A stretch of DNA of 64,000 nt from Rhina ancylostomus (taxonomy: Eukaryota), in contig JARFYF010000001.1 of assembly GCA_030265395.1 (NCBI GenBank), positions 31,677,901 to 31,741,900 of the forward strand, written 5' to 3'. Made by a program: the position numbers and the translations under genes. The notes under the pieces were generated by a model. The model worked only from the letters and a program-made list of their open reading frames with translations. It was not told the DNA's origin and searched no databases. Shown here piece after piece: positions 13,440-24,899 of the stretch; positions within the stretch are counted from its first letter, which is position 1; each line of letters opens with the position of its first letter.

Positions 13440-13770
13440 AGCCTAACATATACAAACTTATGAGAGGCATAGACAGGTGAAAACTTTTTCCCATGACAGT
13501 TGAGCCAAGAGGACATTGGTTTAGGGTAAAGGGGAAGAGGTTTGGAGGGTACCTGGGGAAGAAATTTTTTCACTCAGGGGTTAGTTGGAATTGGACACTT
13601 GAAGCAGGCTTCTTATATTTAAGAAGGATCAACAGGAGCACTTGAACTGCCAAGACATAGAAGGCTATGGAACATGCGCTAGTAACTGGAATTAGTGTAG
13701 ATGGGCAATTAATGGTCAGCATTGACATGGCGGGCCAAAGGGCCTCTTTCTGTGCCGTATGACACCATGA
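13440..13770 (+). mobile_element. CR1/HER1 LINE 3' end
   Basis: gagaggcatagacagg..tttagggtaaaggggaagaggttt..gggccaaagggcc. Confidence 0.75.
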
Positions 13771-16700
13771 TTTTAAAGGCACACAATAGCTGTGCCACTG
13801 CCTTGCTGTTAATTGGGAGGTGCATCAGAGTAGCAATCACAGACCAGTGTGTAAAAGGATACCACAGAAGTGAGGGAAAACATGGGGTTGGGGATAAATA
13901 TTAATCTCCTGTGTGTATGGCTACCCTGTCTCCCACATTTATGATCTGTCCCGTACTGCAAGAAGTTCCATGCCACTGCAAAGTGTGAATGATCAAGGAT
14001 CCAAAGATCATAGCCTGTAAGTTAAATGTGAAGTGTATAAAGAGGCTGCAATCAATGATTGAACAACCAGAGATTATGTTTCTCTTATCCTGAGCATTGA
14101 AACCTGAGATTAGCAGATGCTGTGTGCAAGCCATCGATGTCACAGTAGGTGCACTAAAATTGACACTTCATTGCCAATCACAGCATGATATGCTCCTAGT
14201 TCCTTTATGCGTACTCAATGAAGGCAGTAGGTTGCACACAAAAGCCCCCATTTATGTCAGAATGGGAGGACTTGAGCACAACCTGTGATGTCATTACATA
14301 CACTGCTGATGACAGGGAAACATCAGTCCCACTAATGTGAATTGCATAGGGAAGAGCCTTGGCCAATTTCCCAATAGGTGCAATTTCATCTGGAAATGAT
14401 TATTAGCACAACATTACCTGCTAAAATCACTTTTATGTGCAATTTCCAGATGAAAAACATGCACAAGTGGATTCAATTTCTAGTCCAGCATCATTATGAA
14501 TGTGTTTGCAGTTGGTACCCAGCTTTACTTCACTACCAGTGTTGACACCACCACTGTCTCTGAATTGTCCATTGCTTATCCTAATATGGCTGAGCAGAAC
14601 CTTCCTCCAACCAAATACTGGCACAATAAGCCAATGCTTTTGTAGAGTGTGTTGCAATATTTTACTACTTTAAAAATGCCACACAAATACAGGCTGCTTT
14701 TTGAACACAGCTTATGGAAACTCAATGTTAGTAGTTGCAAAGCTGTCCCTTCATTTGCCTTATAAGGGACATTTTCACATTTTTTTTCTGTGCAGCAGGG
14801 TGTATGTATTTGGAAAGCCATTTTTTCCTGACAGCAACTAGCGGGTCAAAGTTATATCCCACTTATTATTTGGCACAAGTGCCAACTTCAAAGGGAAGGA
14901 CCTATCTGGCATGCGTAAATTAACAGAAACTGAAGAAAGTGCAGCTAACTTCAGTGCAATTATGCCAGATACATGTGGATAGCTTACTACTTGAGTTATG
15001 CTAGAGAAAGAATAGTGGGTGTAGCTTGGCCTCAGTTACTCAGATTTTCTTAGACCAATTATGGTATTCTCTCTCACACTGCTGATATTTTGGAATCATA
15101 TTCTACAATTCATTTCAATTTATCATGAAAACTGCAAACAGTGTCTATAATTTTGGAATAGCAATAAGTATTTCTAAATTTTTGATCCCACTATATCAAA
15201 TTTCATTGCTGAGCATTGTTATGTTAAAATTAATGCGATACCATGAAGTTAGGTTTTAACACTATCAGTCAACAATAATGAGCTTATTACACAATTGGAA
15301 GAGGAGTGAATGTGACCCATATGGTCATAATATTCCTCACCTCTGGAGATTGGATCATTGCCACAATGAATTCCAAACCGACTTTGCAATTCATTAGAAA
15401 AGTGCCAAATAATGGAAAATAACTTGTCACGTAAACGTTGGAAGGAAAAAACAAGGCAGACAGATGAGACTAAGCTTAATGGAAAGAATGAACCAAGTAA
15501 ATGAAGCATTGCTGTGTGCAGGAAAGCTCATGTTGAGAAAGTAGAAACAAAGAGGGGTGGTTGGCTACAGGTCCATATCCAGATGTGTGTCTGTTCTAGA
15601 AAGACATTGATTAAAAGTGAAATCTGCTGGTTCATTCTCAATTCATTCATAAACACCTACTAAACTTACAAAAATAACTTTCTGATATTAGTTGGATGCA
15701 CTTATCATTGTGTATATGCGGCTTTGAATTTATTTTTAAATTCTGTAGACTGAAGGGATTTACCATGCAGCTTGATTATTGACAAAAGGTAATATTTATT
15801 CTTTACAGACTAAGGTCCTCCCCCAAAGTTTATAAATTTTAGAATCATTCATCTGCCTAAGAGACGGATCATATTAACTGACAAAAAGTTAAAACAGATA
15901 TATATATTTTTAAAGGTTCCCTATCGACATATGAATTATTTACTGAGGTTTTTTTAGTCACATTGCGATGCCATTGCATGTCTGCAGAGGAAAGAGTATG
16001 CTATTCAGCTAATGCTGCAAACATACCTTGAGGTTCTAGTGAATGTCAAGAACTGGAGGTGGTGTGCTGCCCCTATCCAGCAGAGTTCCCAACATGAGGG
16101 AATCATTAGACTATAAATTTTTAACAGGGCACGTACAAAAGGGGCCCATAAGGGGCATCATAATAAAAATCTTGAAGTGCACTGTGCATTAGACTGACAT
16201 ATTGCATATGCATCATTAACACTTTAATGTATCACTTATACTTTGTACCATTCATAGTGTATCATCAGAAGGTAGCCATATTGCACAGAAGCTAGCATAT
16301 CACCAAATATAAGCATAAGCATAAAACTGAACAATAACCCTGGAATATGCTAACTCAACATGATAAGGGGTTGTCCTGAAAATACAAAGAGACAACAGTT
16401 GGTCACAATTTAAACTGAAGGTTTATTGAGAATTTCACCATTATTTTTTAATGGACAAACCCAAGAGTACATAAAAGCACAGCTTGTAACAATACTGAGT
16501 AGCGAACTACTGGAAGAAACTGGCAGCAAATTTTAAACCTGTGCCCAAAACTGGCAAGGCACAAACCTTTTTGAAAACATATCATTCTGTTTGTGCCAAT
16601 GTTTTCTGTGCCTGAATGAGCATTAGTGAGCAGATCACTACTGTTCCTGTAAAAGAACATTTAGGTCCTAAAGCAAGGTAGTTCCTGCATGTGTCTTCCA

Positions 16701-16884
16701 TGCCAGAAAGAAGTCCTCATTCAAAGAAGTGGCTGGTGAACTCTGCAGGAGATGATGACAGGATGTCTTACCATTCATTTCTGTGAGGTAAATCAGACAT
16801 TCCCAAGTTAAAATGACTCCTTTCTCAAATTGTGCTATTTTACTACTGACTCTCCTACACAATGCCTACACAAAAAAGTACTTC

Positions 16885-17200
16885 ATAGAAACAGAAAAAT
16901 AGGAGGTGTAGGCTATTCACCCCTTTGAATCTCATCTGCCATTCAATGCAATCACGGCTAATCCTCTAACTTTAATACTACATTCCCAGTTTCTCCATAT
17001 CCCTTGATATGCTTTGTGTCTAGAAGTCTATCTAACTGCTTTTTAAGTATATTCAGCCTCCACAGCCTTACATGTTGGAGAATTCCATGGGTGCACAATG
17101 GTATGAGTGAAAACATTTCTCCCCGCATCTTGAGACTATGACACCTGGTGCTAGAGACTCCATAGCGAGAGGAAACATCCTCCATGAATCCAGCCCATTG
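16885..17200 (-). mobile_element. CR1 LINE 3' end
   Basis: Typical reverse-strand tail catagaaacagaaaaataggagg..gccattcaat. Confidence 0.7.
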
Positions 17201-18079
17201 GACTCTGAGTGTTCCACACTTTAGCAGGTCCAAAGTTCATGAAAGGTGCTACTAATGTGCAAATCTTTCACACTTTCTCCTACAAGTGCTGGAAGTATGA
17301 AGCTTATTTTCTGAGAAAGCTGGGGCATGTTGTCCTTTCAATTTTAACTCTTTATTGTGTGTATTTTTCAGCATTTTACATATTGCTATTATTCTGCTTT
17401 CCAAGCCAAAACTTTTTTACTGGAAGCAACAGTAAGATTTTAAATATATAAGTAAAAATGACTATTATAATCTACTTTAACTCCACAAACTCAATTATGA
17501 AATTTGAGCTAATCTACTCAAGAAAATTACAGATGTGATTTTTACCAAGTATGATGCCAAATTGTGTTATGTACACAAAACACATTGTCGAGATTTAATG
17601 CAGATGCCAGATCTCTGGTGACATTGCTCATGGTAAATCAGAAGATATGTTTTCTCCATTATTTGTGTCCATCTTCCTTATTTCTCTGCCAATTAACTTA
17701 CTCGTTCTTTCATTTTATCTTCTTGTTCTCTTCTGCTTGTCTTCTCAGACTGGCAAGAAGTAAGAAGAGGGAGAAAGTGATAGGCTATTGGATAAGGTTG
17801 ACCCAGATGGCGCTGGAGGCTGGTGGGTTAGCAATGGCTCTGGACTAAGAATTAGAACTAAAGAAAGGGAGAATAATCCTACACCACAGATTTACTTCTT
17901 GGGTGACATATAAATAACCTCATATGAAGGAGAGAGGAGATCCAGTTAAGAATTAGCGGTATGAAGATGGAAAAAGAAAGACCCAGGAGTGATAGGACTG
18001 TAGAGACAGTGGGAGGCAGTAACAGAGAAAGGAAAAACAAATTAGGACAAGGAAGACAGGATGGTGAAGAAGGCCCACG

Positions 18080-18700
18080 GCACACTGGCCTTCATCAGTC
18101 AGGGCAGTGAGTATACAAGTTGGGATGTTATGTTGCAGTTGTACAAGATATTTGTGAGGGCCTTATTTTGAATAACGTGTTCAGTGTTAGTCACCCTGCA
18201 ATAGAAAAAATACCATTAAGCTGGAAGGAGTGCAGAAAAGAGTTATGGGGATGTTACCAGGACTCGAGAGACTTATTTATAGAGAGAGACTTAGCAGACG
18301 AGGACTTTTTTCATTGGAGTGTAGGAGACTGAGAGGTGATCGTATGGAGGTGTATAAAATCATGAGGGGCATAGATAGGGTGAATACACACAGTCTTTTG
18401 CTCAGGGTTGAGAATCAAGAACCTTAAACTTAGGTTTAAGGTGAGAGGGAAGAGATTTAATAGGAACCCGAGGGCAATTTTTTCGCCCGGAGGGTGGTCC
18501 ATAGTATGGAATAAGCTGCCAGTGGAAGTGACTGAGGAAGATACATTAACATCATTTAAAAGGGACTTGGAGACATACATGGATAGGAAAGGGTTAGCAG
18601 GATATGGGCCAAATGTGCGCAAATGCAACTAGCTTAGATGGGCATCTTGGTTGGCATGGACCAGTTGGGCCGAGGGGCTTGGATACGTGTTGTCTGACTC
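18080..18700 (+). mobile_element. CR1/HER1 LINE 3' fragment, relatively well preserved
   Basis: MLPGLERLIYRERLSRRGLFSLECRRLRGDRMEVYKIMRGIDRV; WNKLPVEV..FKRDLETYMDRKG. Confidence 0.9.
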
Positions 18701-19849
18701 TCCCACTAAACGAAAGACAAAATAGGTACTTGAGTATAAGAAAGAATTAAGAAATTTCAGTTTTCCTTTCAATCTGATGCATCTTCATTAAACTAGCATT
18801 TCTCTCCAGCACAAGGTTATTCCCCTGAGCTGAGTTGATTCACTGACCACTAGTCATTGTATTGTTCAGGATATGTGAGCTGTGTATTAATCTCCTATTG
18901 ACATCAGGCAGGATATCCTGGAAGTATCAGGTACAAAATAGGACCTGCCAAATCAGCTCCCAATGAGATTTCTGCTTCTGTCTAAATTATTCTGAGAAGC
19001 TAGAATGGGATTCATAGGCTAAGATATATTATTATAAAAACACAGGCCAAGAGTTTTCATTTGAGCACAATAGGTGACCCTGGCATTAATTGTGTAGAAA
19101 ATTGCTCCAGTTTTCAGAAGTAAGTTATTTGCTTAAGATTCTGCTCACATCCATTTCCATATTTCAAGCTGTAAATGTTTCCATGAACCAAAAGCAGCTT
19201 TGGAACTTTTCCCCTTAAAAAGAACTTTGCTTTAAAAATTGTACCTTACTATATTTGAAAATAGTAACCTGGTATAGTTTTATTTATACTTTATAAATTG
19301 AGGCATGTAGCACACAAAAAAGCACATTGATCAAATTACCTGATCTACTACTTGTGATAAAACTAATTTTAAATAACTGAAAATGACATGTTAAAAAATC
19401 TACAGAACTATTTGGCCTTCTGAAGTCAGATTCTTGTAAATAATATTTAAAATGTTTCAGAAGAGCCTGTTTGTGCCCATGCACCTAAGATAACATTTGA
19501 CTTAATTTTAACATTTTCAAAGGCCCAAAAATTAGCAGGAAACTTACCATGCTAAGCAATTAGATCTGTTTGGCTTCCATAGCATTGTTCTTTATAATAC
19601 TGAAAATGAATCTGGAAACTCCATTTGCTTTGGAAGTAATTTATGTTTAAAATTTCTCAATCATATGCACTGGTTTGCCAATTTTTGGGTGATTTGTTTG
19701 GAAATGTCACCACAAACTAACAGAAATTCCTGGTCATAGTACTTTCAAAATTAGAAAAAGCTCTTCAAAGCATAATACAGGAGCCTGAATGGAGTTTTGA
19801 ATTTAAAACTCACAGATTTGATTCTGGAAATGAAGACTTATGGTGCCAT

Positions 19850-20900
19850 AGGAATGGAGATCTCTTCTCTTGATGAATTCGAAGCTAGTAATTGATTTCA
19901 CAGAAACACAGACAAGGCAGTAGAACATGACAGATGAAATTCTCAAAGAGAAGTGACATGATATATTTTGGTAGGAAGAATGAAGAAAGACAATACACAC
20001 TATGTCATACAATATTCAAAGGGCTTGTGCATAGGCCTTTGAAAGTGAACTGAGAAGTCAATAAAAAGATATATACAGTTGACTTCTGATTTACCAGTCT
20101 ATGGGTTAACTGTGCAAGGGGGACAAAAGCTCATGCTTTATGTCTTACTGAACTCAATATGCTCTAGCTGAAAGGAATATTTGCAGTTTGGTAATTGAGA
20201 GTCAACCCCAGAAGGTACTTAGCATAAAGAGGCCCAACTGGAATAAATAAATCCAGTTTTGGCACCTCATTTTAGGAAGGACCTGAAAGCTTTGATTCTG
20301 GGGAAAGGGATTAAAATTACATGGATAAACTGGACATGATGTAATTTTTCTCTCTAAAACACAGAAGGCTAAGGAGATTTGGCAGATTTAAATCATTGGT
20401 GATTTAAATAAAAGTATACAATTTTCAATGCTGAAAGGTTGAGAATCAGAGGTGTATATTAAGGAAAATTAAAATGCTGATGCTGGAAATCTGAAATGAA
20501 AACAGAAAATGATGGAAGAACTCAGCAGGTCAGCAGCATCTGTGGAAAGAGAAAACAGTCAATGAAAGAAAAACAGTCAACATTAACTGTTTTTCTTTCA
20601 TCACAAGCATGCCTGACCTGCTGAGCTTTCAGCATTTTCTATTTTTATTAGTGTAGATTAAGGACATATGAGACAAAAAATATGAGACAAAGAAAATTCC
20701 AAATGGTTAGGATTTGGAATGTATTGGCTTATTGGTTGGTGGATATGGCTTCATTGTTAGCCTTGAAAAGAAAATCAGATAAATATTTGATTAAGAATGA
20801 AATTACAGGGATATGGAGAAACACTGGGAGAGAGAAACTAACTGGATAGCTGCTAATAGAGTTAACACAAACTTAAATGGTCATAGGTCTTGTAATCTGC
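19850..20900 (+). mobile_element. Decayed CR1 LINE interrupted by a Penelope-derived hairpin (20465-20650)
   Basis: CR1 motifs catgacagatgaaattc and ccagttttggcacctcattttaggaagg. Inserted arms gaactcagcaggtcagcagcatctgtgg / gcctgacctgctgagc. Confidence 0.65.
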
Positions 20901-22435
20901 CATGATACTGCAATTTTGCCAATAACAATTACTCTGATGGCCATTTGGAGATGATCCTGTTGAGTCAAATGAAACCTAATTTTATGTTGACATGGAAATC
21001 TGTACATATTTAATTTAAAATATACCCAAAATTAAAGGTACATTCTTGTGATGAAACTTTTTCACTGGATTTCTGTTATTAATCCCACATGAGCCTTCAG
21101 TGCATCTGTAAATCTTATGTGCTTTTCTTAAATATTTGCTGATTAGTGTTGGCAAATTTTCTTAGCTTTCAGGCTATATATATTCAGTAAACAGATTACA
21201 TATGTTTTTAGTAAATATATCTGGGATCACTTTTACTTGAACGAACATCAAAAGTAATGCTAGAAGAGTGTGAAGAATGGATCATCAGTAGGGTTTATGT
21301 TCACAACCATTTTCATTGGCTTCAGTGTCATATCGTCTGTTCTACATCAGTGGCAGCTTTCAAGTACACTGGTACGCAACAGATAACCAGTCTTCTAGCG
21401 ATATCTTAAGTCAAAGGAAGGGTATAATAACTCAGAATTGGACAATATCTGAATCTGAAACAATTCCAAACACAAAAACAAATTTAGTAGCTCAACTTGT
21501 TTGCCAGTGGGACATTTAATTATTCTTGATTTTAGCTAGTTTCTGAGAAAACATTTCATTGATAAAATGATAAAGTCATGCCTAAACCATGTCTATCCTT
21601 GATAAATACAGCAAACAAAACCACTCCTTTGCCAAAATTCTATTTAACTACATCGACTACACAGTTTTGGGTTCCACTCTTAATTCAATCAGAGATCTTT
21701 ACTATGTTGAAGGAATATTAAATCTAGCTATTTAAATAGCTAGCACTATTTGATTTGGATTTAGTTTTATAGAACTACTTACTCCCTCAACAATTGCACA
21801 CTGATCCTCATTAGCAAAATTTGCCACATTATATGGAAGTGTGTCTTTTCAATGATCAACTGAGAAAAGGTGCATAACAGTGGATTATCGATTGCTATAT
21901 CTGTAATGATTTTCTCATTAAACTATATACCTATTAAACTACTAGATCAATTAAACATAATCAGGGCAAATGAATAAAAGAGATGATTACATTTAGAGAA
22001 AAGAAACCTAAAATGTTATCACATAATCAAAACAGAGCATGTACAAAGTAAACACTGAGGAGTGAAATCATAACTTCCTTAAGAACCAAGTGCACAAAAA
22101 AAGTCACCTTGGTTTCAAAAACCCTTTGTTTTCTGCTTTTATAACATTCTGTTATCTTTGTAATATCACCCAATGTTGAAACTGAAATACCATTTTCCTT
22201 CTAAAATCATATCAAACTTTCAGAAGAGACCCAGTTGGGTTTCAGCATTTTCCACTACACCTCGAGCAGGATGGAGAGAGTAGTGGGACAGCGGTCAGGA
22301 AAGGGTTTAACTCCAATATCAATTCTTGATAGCTCTGTCTTTATTATTAGTTATTTACAGTGTTAGGCAAGTGTAGTTTAAGGAGGGATGTACTCATACT
22401 AGAAGCAGTTCAGAAAAGATCCATTGGGTTGATGT

Positions 22436-23295
22436 AAAAAACAGAAAATGCTGGAAACATGCAGAAGTTCAGGTAACATTTGTGGAAAAAGAAACAACGA
22501 AAGTTTCAGGTGCAGGACCCTTTGGCAAAACTGGGAAGGACAGAAAACAAGTTAGTTTTCTATTAGAGAAGGTAGGGTGGGGTGGGGAAGGGTAAAACAA
22601 ATGGAATACCTCTGGTAGGGTCAGACCAAATGTCTAGAAGTAGTAATTAGAAGCCCATTATGCTCTGTTATTTGTTGTTCTAGGCGATGGGACTTGCTCA
22701 GCAAGCCAGACTATCCATATGGAGAGAGAAAAACTGAGCCAAGATGATGACAGGCAAATGGCCGGTTCAAACTGTCAAATAGAAACAAAGAGTGAATTAG
22801 CTGAAGGTCAAGGATTCAATATTGAGTGTAGGAGGCTGCAACATACCTAAATGGAAGATGAGGCACTCTTTCTCAAATACGTTGAGAAAGTGCAGGAAGC
22901 CACAGACAGAAAGATTAGATTAGGAGTGGGTTAGGGAAGTCAAATGACAGGCAACTGGAAGCTCAGGGTCACTCTTGCAGACTGAATGCAGGTGCCCTGC
23001 AAAGCAATCATGCAATCTCCATTTAATTTCTTCAGCAGCAAGGAGACCACATTGTGGACACTGAGTGCAGTACACTCACTTGGAAGAAGTGCAAGTGAAT
23101 TGCTGCTTTATCTGGAAAGTGTGTTTGTGTCCCTGGATGGTGAGAAGAGATGAGGTTAAATGATTGGCATTGCACCTTTTGCTGTCCCAAGCATGACACC
23201 ATATTTATCAATTCTGACAAAGGTTTAAGGACCTGAAATGTTAACTGATTTTCTTTCCATCATTTTCTGGTTTTATTTCAGTTTCCAGCATCTGT
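22436..23295 (-). mobile_element. Penelope-like element with inverted termini and a GIY-YIG remnant, inserted in a CR1 (~22330-23830)
   Basis: Inverted ends aaaacagaaaatgctggaa / ttttctggttttatttcagtttccagcatct. The reverse internal part reads like a Penelope GIY-YIG (..gaaattaaatggagattgcatgattgctttgcagggcacctg, E.K.RL.D.FA.HL). Confidence 0.7.
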
Positions 23296-24899
23296 GGTTA
23301 TTTTTTATTTTCATTCACCATGGCACATGGATGCAAGAAAAATGGAGGGTTATGGGCTGTGAAGAAGGGAAGGGTTAGATTGATCATGGAGCAGGTTTAT
23401 ATAGGTCAGCACCACATCGTGGGCCGGTGCTACTTCTAGATTGATTTCTGAGATGAAGCATTGACGTGCAGAAAAATTGTGCAGCTTGGGCCTATACATT
23501 AGAGTTTAGGAGAATGAGGAGTGATCTTATTGAAGGTTAGAAGATTTTGAGAGGGCTTAAACAGGATGGATGCTGAGAGCATGTTTCCCCTCATGGGTGA
23601 ATCTGAAACTGGGTTTATGGCTTCAGTGTAATAGGATGTCCATTTAAGATAAGAGAAGGAATTTCTTCTCTAGGAGTGTCATGAATCTTTGAAAATTTCA
23701 TTATTACAGAGCTTGTGGAGGCTAAATTATTGAATGTATTCAAAGTTGATACTGATTTTTAATCTGTATGAGAACTAATGATAATGAGAAACAGGCAGGA
23801 AAGTGAAGCTGATGCTAAGATCAGATAAAAGTAGGTAAATATGTAACTGCAAATATGTAGATAGCAATTAAATCAGTTTTTTTTTCAAATAATGCACTCA
23901 TTCCTCATTAATCATGAGGGATATGTTTGAGAGATACTCACGAATAGCAGAGTTTGTGATTAATAATTTTGGCCTAAATAAATCTACCATCTTGATTCCC
24001 CCATTAAACTATACCAGGCAATTAGTAAGATAAGTACCTGAATAAACTGTAAATAAATACTATCAAATCATTAAAAAGTCATAATTATAGTATGTCACAG
24101 ATCTGGAAGGCTATAGTACTGTATATGTGCAGGTTTGGAAACAACTAGACAACAGACTGGAGTATGGTTAACCCAATCTGTGGACTTCTTGTTCCCTCTG
24201 ACATTGCCAATCCTTCTGTCTAACCTTGCCTCCACATTGGCATGACTCTGGAGCTCTGAGAATTTCAACCCTTCTTTTGCATTTCAGCAAATCTCTGCTG
24301 CCTTTTGGTGGCCTGGTTCCGTTAAAACTCAAAATTTATGTTCTACAGCTTTGTCCTTGTAGTGTTTTCATTGTTGGCCTCCTTTCTTCTGTCATCCATG
24401 AGCTCTTATAAAATACTTGCTCAGCTAACCATAGTCATTCAACCAAACAACCTGCCCAGCCAGAACTGAACCATGATTAGCATAACCTCAGTGCTGGGCT
24501 TTATCACGTGCTAGTAATTTATTGTTAGAAATCTTATCCTGTTCAAAGACATCTTGATGAATGAAATATGCATATTATTTTTGTACTTCAAAATAAGTGT
24601 CTTAACTATAATGCATTTTCCAGTGATGAACGCCCCTAAGAATCATAGATATTTCACAAAAAAATGTTGAAGTATGGAGAAATAACAAATGGAGAATATT
24701 AATTATTCAACATAGATACAGCTAAAGGTAATTGCATTTGGAGGATAAAGGGGAGACTTTCTACAAAATGTCCAAGTCTATTTCCTAGATCAATATGCCT
24801 ATTGCCCAATAAAGAACTTGGAACCAGTCCTGGGAAAAGAAGTGGGCAAGTAGGCAGTCTATGTATGGGGAAACATTGTTAATTAATGAAGAAAAACAA

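Noticed and set aside
15341-15422. Possible - strand exon ending GAG|gtgagg
   Set aside because: Weak acceptor, 82 nt (frameshifting), and no similarity to receptor sequence.
19548-19599. Possible cassette exon of the receptor (ttttcag .. ATG|gtaagt, - strand)
   Set aside because: It is 52 nt and gives an immediate TAA in the required phase.
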